Part shown: one piece after another, positions 29,408 to 38,976 of the stretch
How positions within the stretch are numbered: position 1 is the stretch's first letter
Layout of the letters: every line of letters starts with the position of its first letter
Assembly: GCA_003599865.1 (NCBI GenBank)
Contig: QZKS01000020.1
Span: 134,420-198,419 of the forward strand
Length of the DNA: 64,000 nucleotides
Source: Desulfobacteraceae bacterium
Lineage (GTDB): Bacteria > Desulfobacterota > Desulfobacteria > Desulfobacterales > SURF-7
Direction: 5' to 3'
Program-made: the position numbers and the translations under genes
The notes under the pieces: generated by a model
Seen by the model: the letters and a program-made list of their open reading frames with translations, nothing else
What the model was told of the DNA's origin: nothing
Databases searched by the model: none

Positions 29408-29799
29408 TTCTTCTCCTTCGGCTCATTATGGCAATCCCAGCAGTACGGCCTGACCGAAGCATAATTATGGCACCGGTCACAAAATTCAGCCTTGTTGGAA
29501 TGGCATCCAGTGCAGGAATTTTCTCCGCTTGAAAGACTCATGGTAAAACTTTTCCCGCTGCTGTTCTTGTATATTCTGTTGCCGTCTCTAACGACGGTAT
29601 CTCGCCACAAATCCAGTACCTGCATATGCCCCGCCTTCATTTCCTGTTTCGGCAGAACGCAGTATCCGGCAGCTTTCGCTTTTTCGGTTAATTCGGGTTC
29701 CGGTGCCTGTGCGGCCTTACCGATGTTGAAAACAAAAGGCAGAACGACAATCGCGCAAAAGACAACCAAACCGGCGATGATATACTTTTTATCACTCAT
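29404..29799 (-). CDS. dsrJ: DsrJ, periplasmic triheme cytochrome c
   Basis: Three CXXCH motifs (CTGCH, CDRCH, CWDCH) and an N-terminal membrane anchor. The start MSDKKYII overlaps the dsrK stop by 8 nt; the longest ORF to 29865 is unlikely. Confidence 0.9.
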   Translation of the reverse strand: MSDKKYIIAGLVVFCAIVVLPFVFNIGKAAQAPEPELTEKAKAAGYCVLPKQEMKAGHMQVLDLWRDTVVRDGNRIYKNSSGKSFTMSLSSGENSCTGCHSNKAEFCDRCHNYASVRPYCWDCHNEPKEKK

Positions 29800-31423
29800 C
29801 AGCTTCTTCCTCCATTCCTGGTAACGGCTCACCGCGCAGGTCGGTTTCCCTGTTTTCCGATTCACCCGGCATGATTAAAGCGTTACCAACCATTTCATGC
29901 AGACCGATCACCCCTACACCCGGCACCCAGTAATTCATGAGATCCGGGAAAGCTGCCCTGTCAACAGCACATATCGTTGCAAGCGTGTTGACTCCGTATT
30001 TTTCATGGACATACTTGACCGCATTGGCTCTCGGAAGTCCGCCTGCCATGCGCAGTTCCATATCCTCACCCGCGTTCAGTCCGGCGCCGCTGCCGCAGCA
30101 GAAAGTATTTTCCCGTATCGTGCCCGGAGGCATTTCATAAAACTTATTGCAGACATTCCGGATGACATATCGGGGTTCTTCCAGCATCCCCATGCCCCGT
30201 GATGGATTACAGGAGTCATGGAACGTAACGGACAGGTTGTCATTCCGGCTGGGATCCAGTCTCAATTTGTTATGCCGGATCAAGTCCGCCGTAAACTCTG
30301 CGATATGGACCATTTTGGTGGCTTTGGCATTTTCAAATTTGGTTCCGGTAATCGGTGAAACCGGCTCCTCCAGAAAATCGGCCGGTCCGTTCATGGTGTC
30401 CATATACTGGTTGATCACACGCCACATGTGGCCGCATTCTCCACCCAGAATCCACTTGACACCCAGTCGTTTTGCCTCTGCATACATTTTGGCGTTCAGT
30501 CTTTTCATCACCTCATGGGACGTAAAAAACCCGAAATTGCCGCCTTCGGAAGCATAGGTGGACCAGGTGACATCCAATCCGTATTCTTTTTTCAGATAAT
30601 CGAAAAGAAGCAGATATCCCATGCAGGTGTAGGTTCCCGGATCGGCGAAAACATCACCGGATGGTGTAATGAACAGAATGTCCGCCCCTTTTTTATTGTA
30701 ATTGGGCTCCACCCGGATTCCGGTTATCTCTTCGAGATCGTCAACAAAAAAGTCCAGCATATCTTTAAAGGCATGGGGTTGAATCCCCAGATGGTTGCCG
30801 GTTTTAAAGCAGTTGGAAACCGGTGTAGCAATCCAGTCAATATTCAGTCCCAGAAGATTCAACAGTTCTCTGCCAAGATAGGTGATCTCGGCCGTATCGA
30901 TTCCATAGGGGCAGAACACCGAGCACCTTCGGCACTGGGTGCACTGAAACAGATAGTACCACCATTCCTTCAATACCTCGAGGGTCATGGGCCGTGCTCC
31001 GCCGATGCGGCCAAGAATCTTTCCGGCGGTTGTAAAATCGTTTCGGTAGACGGACCGGAGAAGCTCTGCACGCAGAACCGGCATGTTTTTCGGATCACCG
31101 GTGCCGATGAAAAAATGGCACTTGTCCGCACATGCCCCGCAACGGACACAGACATCCATAAAAATTTTCAAAGACCGATATTTGTCCAGTCGTTCCTTGA
31201 ATCCTTCATGAATAATCTCTTTCCAGTTTTCCGGCAGTTTCCAGTCCTCATCAAGCGGATTCCATTCCCTTGCATTCGGCAGGGAAAGGGTTTCGACGCT
31301 TCTATAGTTTGCTGCATAGCAATAAATTCCCTTCCGGATCACCGTCGGGGTATCCATCCAACCCGTTTTGGGCGGGGTGTGATTGATCTGTATTAATTCA
31401 TCTGATTTTGGAAGATCCGACAT
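29792..31423 (-). CDS. dsrK: DsrK, HdrD-like CCG-domain iron-sulfur catalytic subunit
   Basis: Two ferredoxin motifs (CVRCGACADKC, CTQCRRCSVFCP) and CCG-domain cysteines (FHDSCNPSRG, FCCGSGAG). It joins dsrM through a TAATG overlap. Confidence 0.9.
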   Translation of the reverse strand: MSDLPKSDELIQINHTPPKTGWMDTPTVIRKGIYCYAANYRSVETLSLPNAREWNPLDEDWKLPENWKEIIHEGFKERLDKYRSLKIFMDVCVRCGACADKCHFFIGTGDPKNMPVLRAELLRSVYRNDFTTAGKILGRIGGARPMTLEVLKEWWYYLFQCTQCRRCSVFCPYGIDTAEITYLGRELLNLLGLNIDWIATPVSNCFKTGNHLGIQPHAFKDMLDFFVDDLEEITGIRVEPNYNKKGADILFITPSGDVFADPGTYTCMGYLLLFDYLKKEYGLDVTWSTYASEGGNFGFFTSHEVMKRLNAKMYAEAKRLGVKWILGGECGHMWRVINQYMDTMNGPADFLEEPVSPITGTKFENAKATKMVHIAEFTADLIRHNKLRLDPSRNDNLSVTFHDSCNPSRGMGMLEEPRYVIRNVCNKFYEMPPGTIRENTFCCGSGAGLNAGEDMELRMAGGLPRANAVKYVHEKYGVNTLATICAVDRAAFPDLMNYWVPGVGVIGLHEMVGNALIMPGESENRETDLRGEPLPGMEEEADE

Positions 31424-32463
31424 TACACTTGCTCCTTTTCCACTGGGAGTCCAGCTTCTATCATTTTTTCCCTGAAATGGTCTTCATACTCTTCATAGGT
31501 ATGAGTCTTAACAGGGTAATTCCAAGGATTGACATGCCTTTTCGCACGGGTATCCGTCGTCATATTTCTGGTAGGGCTCAGGAATACGCCGCCCATGTGC
31601 ATGAGCTTGCTGAACGGGAAATATGCGAAAAGAACGCTGACAAGAAAAATATGGATATAAAACAACCCTCCGATTCCTTCCGGAATCGCAGGATGAAGAG
31701 TGACAAGGCTCATGGTCAGCGCTTTCACGCTCACCACGTCGATTTTGGAAAAATACCGCATCAGGATACCGGTCAGTGCAATACCCATAATCAGGAACAA
31801 AGGAAAATAGTCTGCGGCAAGTGAAATATATTTCACTTTGGGTCCAAATACCCTTCGGAGAAACAGGAAGGTAACTGCGGCAAGAAGAACCAGGCCGGAC
31901 AGAAAAACACCGGGGAGCCCCACTTCGATGACCGGGCTGAAAAACTCGATTCTAAAAAAGGAATCCAGTTGCTCCACAATCTGGATACAGAGGGGCACCG
32001 GTTCCAGGAAAAACCGTAAATGCCTTACCAGTACGGTAAGAAAAGAATAATGAAACGCCAGGGCCGCAACCCAGAGCCAGATTTCCCAGCGATAGGAAAT
32101 TTTGATCCCGGTATCGGTTTTGTTAAAAGACATGCTGGTGTTTCTGAACAGCGATCTGAACAGAAAAACCTCAAGGATCATCCGGATCAAGACACCGAAC
32201 TTGGACGTCGGGTTATCAATCCGGTTGGGTTCAATCCAGGATAGGGTTTTTTGCTGGCCGCATGTTGTCGGAATCGCAAACGGCACGGGTGACTTGGCCC
32301 AGTCCAGAATGCGAACCACAAAACCAGCAATAAAAATGATAATGGCCAGGTAGGGAATCCAGATCCCAAAAAGCCCCTGCAGGCCAATCATTTCAGCCCC
32401 TACATAGGAAAGCAGACAAAGAAACAAGACTGCCATGAGGGAAACCACATAATTTACATTCAT
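31423..32463 (-). CDS. dsrM: DsrM, NarI-like diheme b membrane subunit
   Basis: NarI-type polytopic membrane protein and the first gene of the M-K-J-O-P order. The ATG is at 32463; an alternative GTG is at 32478. Confidence 0.85.
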   Translation of the reverse strand: MNVNYVVSLMAVLFLCLLSYVGAEMIGLQGLFGIWIPYLAIIIFIAGFVVRILDWAKSPVPFAIPTTCGQQKTLSWIEPNRIDNPTSKFGVLIRMILEVFLFRSLFRNTSMSFNKTDTGIKISYRWEIWLWVAALAFHYSFLTVLVRHLRFFLEPVPLCIQIVEQLDSFFRIEFFSPVIEVGLPGVFLSGLVLLAAVTFLFLRRVFGPKVKYISLAADYFPLFLIMGIALTGILMRYFSKIDVVSVKALTMSLVTLHPAIPEGIGGLFYIHIFLVSVLFAYFPFSKLMHMGGVFLSPTRNMTTDTRAKRHVNPWNYPVKTHTYEEYEDHFREKMIEAGLPVEKEQV

Positions 32464-32531
32464 ATACCTGTACCTCACTATCCGGGTTCAAGCAGCGCCG
32501 GCGATCCGGCAAGCTGCCCAAACCTTCATCA

Positions 32532-33077
32532 TTATAAAACAGTTGACTTATTAAGATCCGGCTGTTCCTCCGGAATCTCAGCAATCAATCCAGCACGCTT
32601 AAATGCCTTAAATACTTTATTTTTTTCTTCGTTTGCCTTCAGGCTGTAAATCCGCTCCCGACACTCCGAATAAATATCAAACGCCAGAAAGAGCAGTTGA
32701 TCCACTTTTTCATCAAAAAGCCGGATCTCTTTCGCTTCACTGCCATTCTCAAGCTGTTTTGCTGTTTTTTCCCGCACAATGGTTTTCAGAGACAGGATAA
32801 AGGATGTTGACTGGGAAGGGGTAAAATTCTGGATGGCCCGAATTCGGATAATCGGGTCTAAAAAAAGCCTCACCTTCTTCCAATCCGGGTCGGAAACCAG
32901 TTCGTCAAATATGGACTGCAACCCCTCGGATATGGCATTTCCAACAGGATTGGCAAACGGATCAGGCTGGGATTTTAAAAACTGGGATGTATCAGGCAGA
33001 TAAGTATGAAAAATAGCGTCAATCCATTTTTTCACAATGGACGACTTGTGTTTTTCCAGTAATTCTTTCAACCCCAT
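32532..33077 (-). CDS. Cytoplasmic helical protein, RsbRD N-terminal-domain-like, first gene of the dsr transcription unit
   Basis: SSIVKKWIDAIFHTYLPDTSQFLKSQPDPFANPVGNAI resembles my recollection of PF14361. It lies between the predicted promoter and dsrM. The family assignment is tentative. Confidence 0.5.
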   Translation of the reverse strand: MGLKELLEKHKSSIVKKWIDAIFHTYLPDTSQFLKSQPDPFANPVGNAISEGLQSIFDELVSDPDWKKVRLFLDPIIRIRAIQNFTPSQSTSFILSLKTIVREKTAKQLENGSEAKEIRLFDEKVDQLLFLAFDIYSECRERIYSLKANEEKNKVFKAFKRAGLIAEIPEEQPDLNKSTVL

Positions 33078-33184
33078 GATTGCCCCTGATTCCCGATGAC
33101 CGCACACTATTTCCCGGAAGATTCCAAAAGAAAAAATTCCTTTAGAATTTAAAAATTTATTATCTTATCCCCCAAAGAAAATGT

Positions 33185-33213
33185 TTTATAAACAACTCCC
33201 CATTTCATGTCAA
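33185..33213 (-). promoter_or_regulatory. Near-consensus sigma70 promoter for the accessory gene plus dsrMKJOP
   Basis: The minus strand reads TTGACA-N17-TATAAA in an AT-rich spacer, which implies a ~100 nt leader to the ATG at 33077. Confidence 0.6.
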
Positions 33214-33239
33214 GAATAAAGAAAAAATTTATGAGGGGG

Positions 33240-33728
33240 TTACGACTCATCAAACATCAGTTCAATGTCCGGATGCTTTCGAATAACACTCAGAAATTGC
33301 TCGGTCCTGTGGTCCAGTCTTTTTTTAACAACACGAATCAGGCGCTGATAAAACCGATATCCCATGAGAGGATTGTCATCAAACATCTTCCGTAATATAT
33401 CTCCTTGAATCATCAGTACTTCGCAAGGCTCGGCACAGACGGCATCCAGAGAATACACCTCTTCTTCCCCAAGAATGGACGACCATCCGAATGAAAAACC
33501 TTCCGGCATCCCCCCCATGGAAAGCGTTACCTTATCGGAAATGCGCTTTTCCAATAATATTTTCCCTTTTTTTAACAGGCACAGCATGATCGCCGTCTGG
33601 CCGCCCCGGAAAACAATCTCTCTTTCCGAAAAATGGTGCAGCGTCAAGTGGGGCATAAGTTCATCCAGCATCTCATCAGACAGGTGTTTCAGAATTACAA
33701 TATCCTTGACATCATCTTTTGTTACCAT
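33240..33728 (-). CDS. Stand-alone cyclic-nucleotide-binding-domain protein (no HTH)
   Basis: 162 aa with a cNMP-binding beta-roll pattern (FRGGQTAIMLCLLKKGKILLEK...GFSFGWSS). GAGGAG lies 8 nt upstream. It begins 77 nt after the last mrp-like gene. Confidence 0.7.
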   Translation of the reverse strand: MVTKDDVKDIVILKHLSDEMLDELMPHLTLHHFSEREIVFRGGQTAIMLCLLKKGKILLEKRISDKVTLSMGGMPEGFSFGWSSILGEEEVYSLDAVCAEPCEVLMIQGDILRKMFDDNPLMGYRFYQRLIRVVKKRLDHRTEQFLSVIRKHPDIELMFDES

Positions 33729-33805
33729 TCCACGATCTCCTCAAGCAAAGCATCCATAAGGATTTCATCCGGATGCCGATTATCAAACAGGCATATTAAT
33801 GGCTT

Positions 33806-35599
33806 TTACAGATGCATGAATAAAAACAGCATGGTGAAAAACAGGGCGGCCGCAGCGGCGCTGATTCCAATCGGAACAGACAACGTGATCATGGCGCTTC
33901 GAATGCTTTCCGCTTTCCGATTTGCAGCAGCCAGATCCTCACGTTTCCTTCTGATGATCGGAGTGGCAATAAAAAGCACCAACAGTACCGGTGCCTGTGC
34001 AGCAAATTTTGCAGCGCCGGCCGCAAGTTTTTCTGCAAAAACATGATGAAACCATGCGTTCATGCCATTGAGCAAGCGGGATACTGTCTGATGGAAAAAA
34101 CGCCCTCCTTTTCGGTAAAACCAATCCGTATCCAGATTGATTGCACGGATTTCGGAAAGATAATAACCGGACAGCACCATTAAACAAAAGGCCAGCGCAC
34201 CGAACAGCAACAGCTGCAATTGCCCCATCACATGCGCTTCGGTATAGGGCAAATAATCTACCTCATAAGGCAGGATGGAATACAGAAGGTCATACCGGAC
34301 CCCCAGAAAGATACAGAGAAATGCAGCAATCCCCATTGCGATCATCATGTGGACCGGAGGTTCCTTGACCCGAATCCCGGAATCATGGCCGAAAAACAGG
34401 AAAAAAGGGACCTTAATTCCGGCATGCTGTGTTACACCGGCTGAGGAAAACAGCAGCAGCAGCCAGACAATCGCCATCTTGTCATGGGCGGCTGCACTGA
34501 GAATCATCGACTTGCTGACAAAACCACTGAACAGGGGAAAAGCGGAAATCGAAGCCGCACCGATGATACAGAACATGCAGGTCAACGGCATGGTTTTGTA
34601 TAGCCCCCCCAGATCCGTACACCGGGACTTTCCCGTCATATGTAATACCGCGCCTGCCGACATGAACAACAACGCCTTGTACAGAATATGGCAAAACGCA
34701 TGCGACACCGTACCATTCAAGGCAAGCTGTGTACCGATTCCAATCCCGCACATCATGAATCCGACCTGGTTAATCAGGCTATAGGCGAGTACACGCCGGA
34801 TATCGTTTTCCATCTCCGCGTAAAAAATCGGTATGATCGTCATCAGGGCACCGATCCAGATCAGCAGTTCGGTCCCCGGAAAGGTTCTTGCCATCACGTA
34901 TACCGCACTTTTGGTTGTAAATGCGCTGAGGAATACCGCACCGGTTACGGTAGCTTCCGGATATGCATCGCTCAGCCAGGGATGAAGGGGAGGAATCGCA
35001 GCATTCACGGCTATTCCCAAAAAAATGAGCCAGGAATCGATTCCGGAAAGACCGATATAGGAAAATTCTGTTGTGCCATGGTTCTGCACATACAGAACAA
35101 TCCCGGCCAGAAGGCTGAGCCCGCCGAAAATATGAACCATGATGTACCGGAACGCCGCAGACCGTGCCGCCTGTGTTCGTCCGGCAATTATTAGAAAGGT
35201 AGAAGCAATGGCCATGATTTCCCAGAAAATATACAGTGAAAAAAGATCTCCGGCAAATGTAACGCCGAGGGCGCCTCCGGCGTAAGCAAAACCTGCCGCG
35301 TATTGCAGATCATCTTCAATTTTGAGAGAAAAAATAACGGCAATGAAAGAAATCAGTAAAAAAATATAGCTAAATATCCTGCTCAAACGGTCAATCCGGC
35401 CCAGAATCAAATCGTGATCCAGAAAAGAAATTACCCATTGATTTCCTTCCGGAATTGTAAAAACCATATACAACGTCAACAGCGGCAGCAGCAGCATAAA
35501 AACAGATTTCCATCTGCCCTTGATCAACGGTATCAAAAATGCTCCGCCCATAAAAACAACGGAAGGAGGCAACCCAGTCTCTCCAAAGAGGCTAATCAT
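33806..35599 (-). CDS. Antiporter-type subunit (NuoL/MrpA/MrpD family) with a C-terminal amphipathic helix plus TM extension
   Basis: A proton_antipo_M-type core with a ~110 aa C-terminal extension (AEKLAAGAAKFAAQ... then a terminal TM helix) reminiscent of the NuoL/MrpA lateral helix. It is the last gene of the mrp-like operon. Confidence 0.75.
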   Translation of the reverse strand: MISLFGETGLPPSVVFMGGAFLIPLIKGRWKSVFMLLLPLLTLYMVFTIPEGNQWVISFLDHDLILGRIDRLSRIFSYIFLLISFIAVIFSLKIEDDLQYAAGFAYAGGALGVTFAGDLFSLYIFWEIMAIASTFLIIAGRTQAARSAAFRYIMVHIFGGLSLLAGIVLYVQNHGTTEFSYIGLSGIDSWLIFLGIAVNAAIPPLHPWLSDAYPEATVTGAVFLSAFTTKSAVYVMARTFPGTELLIWIGALMTIIPIFYAEMENDIRRVLAYSLINQVGFMMCGIGIGTQLALNGTVSHAFCHILYKALLFMSAGAVLHMTGKSRCTDLGGLYKTMPLTCMFCIIGAASISAFPLFSGFVSKSMILSAAAHDKMAIVWLLLLFSSAGVTQHAGIKVPFFLFFGHDSGIRVKEPPVHMMIAMGIAAFLCIFLGVRYDLLYSILPYEVDYLPYTEAHVMGQLQLLLFGALAFCLMVLSGYYLSEIRAINLDTDWFYRKGGRFFHQTVSRLLNGMNAWFHHVFAEKLAAGAAKFAAQAPVLLVLFIATPIIRRKREDLAAANRKAESIRSAMITLSVPIGISAAAAALFFTMLFLFMHL

Positions 35600-35834
35600 A
35601 ATAATCCTCTTTCCTTTTAACGATCAACCGAATCCCTTTGGCGATAAATATAAACGCCACACAGGAAATGAAACCGTACGCTGCAAAAAAGCCGGGCACT
35701 TCTTCCCAGGGAAAATCCGCATGTTTTTGGATAAAAAAATCAACCATCAGCAGCCCCAGCAAGGAACCATAAAACACCAACAGAAATCGGGTTACGGTTT
35801 CCGGTTTATCAAAAATTTTCAGCTCTTTTTTCAT
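35592..35834 (-). CDS. Small two-TM membrane protein within the mrp-like operon
   Basis: 80 aa with two hydrophobic helices. Its stop overlaps the downstream antiporter-subunit start by 8 nt. Confidence 0.6.
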   Translation of the reverse strand: MKKELKIFDKPETVTRFLLVFYGSLLGLLMVDFFIQKHADFPWEEVPGFFAAYGFISCVAFIFIAKGIRLIVKRKEDYYD

Positions 35835-35852
35835 GATGATATCCCTGAAAAG

Positions 35853-35975
35853 TTATCGAAAAAAAATCCACGCCAGATAAATCAAGGCAACCGCGACAGC
35901 GATATGAAAAACCGTTCGGTAGCCTTTCACCGGCTCATGAACCAGCTCCATTTTTTCCTGCAATTTGCTATCCAT
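35853..35975 (-). CDS. Unlisted 40-aa single-TM micro-ORF within the mrp-like operon
   Basis: My hand translation gives MDSKLQEKMELVHEPVKGYRTVFHIAVAVALIYLAWIFFR. GGGAGG lies 8 nt upstream. The ATG starts 1 nt after the upstream gene's TGA. It falls below the 60-aa cutoff of the ORF track. Confidence 0.5.
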   Translation of the reverse strand: MDSKLQEKMELVHEPVKGYRTVFHIAVAVALIYLAWIFFR

Positions 35976-35976
35976 G

Positions 35977-37458
35977 TCAGGGTCCTCCCAGAAAACTATC
36001 CACAGCCACTCGCGACAACTGCAAAAAAGGCTGCGGGTAGAAAAACAGAAGAATCGAAAACATCGCGGTTACCGATAAGGGAACAACGCACCATGCCGGG
36101 GCTTCCTGAATTCCACCCTGAAATGTATTGTTCCCGGGCTTGCAGAAGAAAGCGTTATAGACAATCGGCAGAAAATATGCCCCGCTCAGCAGAGAACTCG
36201 TCAAAAGGACCGCAAGCATGACATATTGTCCCGCCTGAACCGTTCCCATCAGCAACAGCCATTTGCTGATGAAGCCGCCACACGGCGGAAGCCCGATGAC
36301 GCTCAGGGATCCGATGAAAAAAGCGGCCATGGTGATGGGCATTCTTTTTCCAATCCCCTTCATTTCACTGATATTTTTTACCCCTGTGGCAACAAATATT
36401 GCTCCCGCGCAAAAAAACAGTGTGATCTTTCCAAAGGCATGCATGGCAATGTGCAACATTCCGCCTTCCATTCCGGACCGGGAAAGCAAAGCAATGCCCA
36501 GAACAATATAGGACAATTGTCCAATCGTTGAAAATGCAAGGCGTCGTTTCAAGCCATCCTGGGACAAAGCAATCAGGGAAGAAGTGATCACGGTAATGGA
36601 AGCAATCCAGCAAATGACGGTGTTCAGTTCAAAAGAGGCCAGAAGTTTCGTTCCGAATACACCGGTCATGACTCGTGCCACGCAAAAGACACCCACTTTC
36701 ACGACAGCAACTGCATGGAGCAATGCACTCACAGGTGTCGGCGCAACCATGGCCGCCGGAAGCCAGGAATGAAAAGGCATGATGCCCGCCTTGGCAAATC
36801 CGAATATAAAAAGCAGAAGCAATACAAGCAATCCGGTGTAATTGCCCTGATCGGGCAGAAAACCCTGAACGGCAAACTCAAGAGTTCCGGACATGTGATA
36901 GGAAATCAGCATGGCAGGCAATACAAAACCAATGGAAGGGCCAAGGATATAAACCAGATACATTCTACCGGAACTTCTGGCTTCACGGTCCTGATGATGC
37001 GTCACCAATGGATATGTTGAAAATGAAAGCATTTCATAAAACAGATACATTGTCAGAAGATTCCCGGAAAAGGCGACGCCGATGGTAGCCGAGAGCGACA
37101 ACGCAAAAAAACAGAAGTACCGGGTCTGACTGTGCTCTTTTAATCCACGCATATACCCGATGGAATAGGCGGAAGTAATGATCCAGAGAAAGGATGCAAC
37201 GATCGCAAACAGCAGGCCGAAAGCATCCACCCGGAATTGCAGTGCAAGTCCCGGCAGAACCTCATAAATGGTTATCGCCGGCTGTTTCCCGGCAAGCACT
37301 ACCGGCAACATGGATACGATAATCAACAGCTTAATGAAACCGGCAATAAACGTCCATGTCTCACGTATATTCGAATTCCGGCATGATAGGAGAATCGGAA
37401 TCACAAAAACAGAGGTCATTACAGCCAGAAGCGGTTTTGATGAATAAATGATTTCCAT
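35977..37458 (-). CDS. mrpD: Mrp/Mnh subunit D-like antiporter subunit (NuoM/N family), copy 2
   Basis: 493 aa with ~14 TM helices and the proton_antipo_M pattern (GFIKLLII..., WLPAAMVAPTPVSALLHA). Confidence 0.85.
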   Translation of the reverse strand: MEIIYSSKPLLAVMTSVFVIPILLSCRNSNIRETWTFIAGFIKLLIIVSMLPVVLAGKQPAITIYEVLPGLALQFRVDAFGLLFAIVASFLWIITSAYSIGYMRGLKEHSQTRYFCFFALSLSATIGVAFSGNLLTMYLFYEMLSFSTYPLVTHHQDREARSSGRMYLVYILGPSIGFVLPAMLISYHMSGTLEFAVQGFLPDQGNYTGLLVLLLLFIFGFAKAGIMPFHSWLPAAMVAPTPVSALLHAVAVVKVGVFCVARVMTGVFGTKLLASFELNTVICWIASITVITSSLIALSQDGLKRRLAFSTIGQLSYIVLGIALLSRSGMEGGMLHIAMHAFGKITLFFCAGAIFVATGVKNISEMKGIGKRMPITMAAFFIGSLSVIGLPPCGGFISKWLLLMGTVQAGQYVMLAVLLTSSLLSGAYFLPIVYNAFFCKPGNNTFQGGIQEAPAWCVVPLSVTAMFSILLFFYPQPFLQLSRVAVDSFLGGP

Positions 37459-37476
37459 GTCAACGGATCACATGTC

Positions 37477-38976
37477 TCAAATGATGGAAGCCGGTATGGC
37501 AAATTGTATAGCCCGTGTAACAATATCCCCTGAAAATATCCCAAGAACAATCAGCATCGCTGCTGTAATCATCAACGGCATCAGCATGGAAACCGGCGCC
37601 TCATCCATCCGTACTTCCGGAACATGACCGCTGTTTGCGCCGTGATCCGAAAATGGTTCAAAATATCCGATTTCAATCACCCTGAAAAAAAGTACGGCGT
37701 TCACAAGGCTGCTGAACAGCAGGGCCGCAATAAAACCATAATGTCCTGCGGCAATACCGCCGGAAATAAGATACCATTTACTGAAAAAACCGCAGGTAGG
37801 GGGTACGCCGATGATGGAAAGAGCCGCAACGACAAAAGCAGTCATCGTCACCGGCATCTTCCGGAAAATCCCCCTGAAATCCGAAAAACGGTCTCCTTTG
37901 ATCTTATATGATATAAGGGTTATGGACAGAAAAAGACAAAGCGTCATCATGGCATCGTTCACGATATGCAGAATCGCACCGGTCATTCCATCCCGGGTTC
38001 CCAGCCAGAATCCGCCAACCATATATCCGATTTCGGTGACGATGACATAGGTAATCATTCTTTTCAGTCGAGTCTGAAAAAGTGCGAGCATAGAGCCTGA
38101 CAGAATGCCGATAACAGCTACCCAGACCATTGTGCTGTTCAATGCAGCAAAGGAAAAGGAAAAAGCCGGTGTAAATACGGTCAGCACCATCCGGATCATC
38201 ACGTAAACCATGACCTTTGTCGTCAACGGAGCGATCAGTCCGCTTGAAATGGAAGGAGCATCGGAATAGGCATTGGGCAGCCAGCCATGAAGAGGGAAAA
38301 GCGCCATCTTGACAAACAGACCGCATAGAATCAACAGAAACGCAAACATCACTGTTCGAGAGTGATATATCGCCGGCAGAAGGTGAGCAATATCGGCCAT
38401 ATTCAACGATCCGGTCCCCATATAAAGATAGCCGACCCCGAGCAGATAAAAACTGGCACCGATCGTTCCCATCAATAAATAGTTCAATGCCGATAACGGC
38501 GCCCTGTTCACTCCGAAACCGATCAGGGCATATCCGGTCAGCGAGGTAATTTCCAGAAGAACGTACAGATTAAACGCATCCCCTGTTACCACCATTCCAA
38601 GAAGTCCTGTCGTAAACAGAATATACAGCGTATAAAAAGCGCCGATGCGATCGGAGAATTCTTTTTCTATCACTTTCCGCGCACCGGCAAGATTGAGAAA
38701 GGAGGTCAGGGAAATGACTACCAGTACGATACCATTCAGATAATCCACATGGTAGGCAATTCCCCAGGGAGGTGCCCATCCGCCGATCCGATACTGGACA
38801 GGCTCCCCATTTTGCATCACCGCCAGAAGCAGACTGATGGAAATAATGATGGACAGAAATAGACAGAGAATTGCAATTGCATAACATTTTTTTTGATCAT
38901 ACCATCCGAAAATCGATATCAGAAGTCCGGATAAAAAGGGCATAATGATGAGAAGTACCGAATAATGTTCCGTCAT
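37477..38976 (-). CDS. mrpD: Mrp/Mnh subunit D-like antiporter subunit (NuoM/N family), copy 1
   Basis: 499 aa with the WLPNAYSDAPSISSGLIAPLTTK motif region typical of the family. Confidence 0.85.
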   Translation of the reverse strand: MTEHYSVLLIIMPFLSGLLISIFGWYDQKKCYAIAILCLFLSIIISISLLLAVMQNGEPVQYRIGGWAPPWGIAYHVDYLNGIVLVVISLTSFLNLAGARKVIEKEFSDRIGAFYTLYILFTTGLLGMVVTGDAFNLYVLLEITSLTGYALIGFGVNRAPLSALNYLLMGTIGASFYLLGVGYLYMGTGSLNMADIAHLLPAIYHSRTVMFAFLLILCGLFVKMALFPLHGWLPNAYSDAPSISSGLIAPLTTKVMVYVMIRMVLTVFTPAFSFSFAALNSTMVWVAVIGILSGSMLALFQTRLKRMITYVIVTEIGYMVGGFWLGTRDGMTGAILHIVNDAMMTLCLFLSITLISYKIKGDRFSDFRGIFRKMPVTMTAFVVAALSIIGVPPTCGFFSKWYLISGGIAAGHYGFIAALLFSSLVNAVLFFRVIEIGYFEPFSDHGANSGHVPEVRMDEAPVSMLMPLMITAAMLIVLGIFSGDIVTRAIQFAIPASII

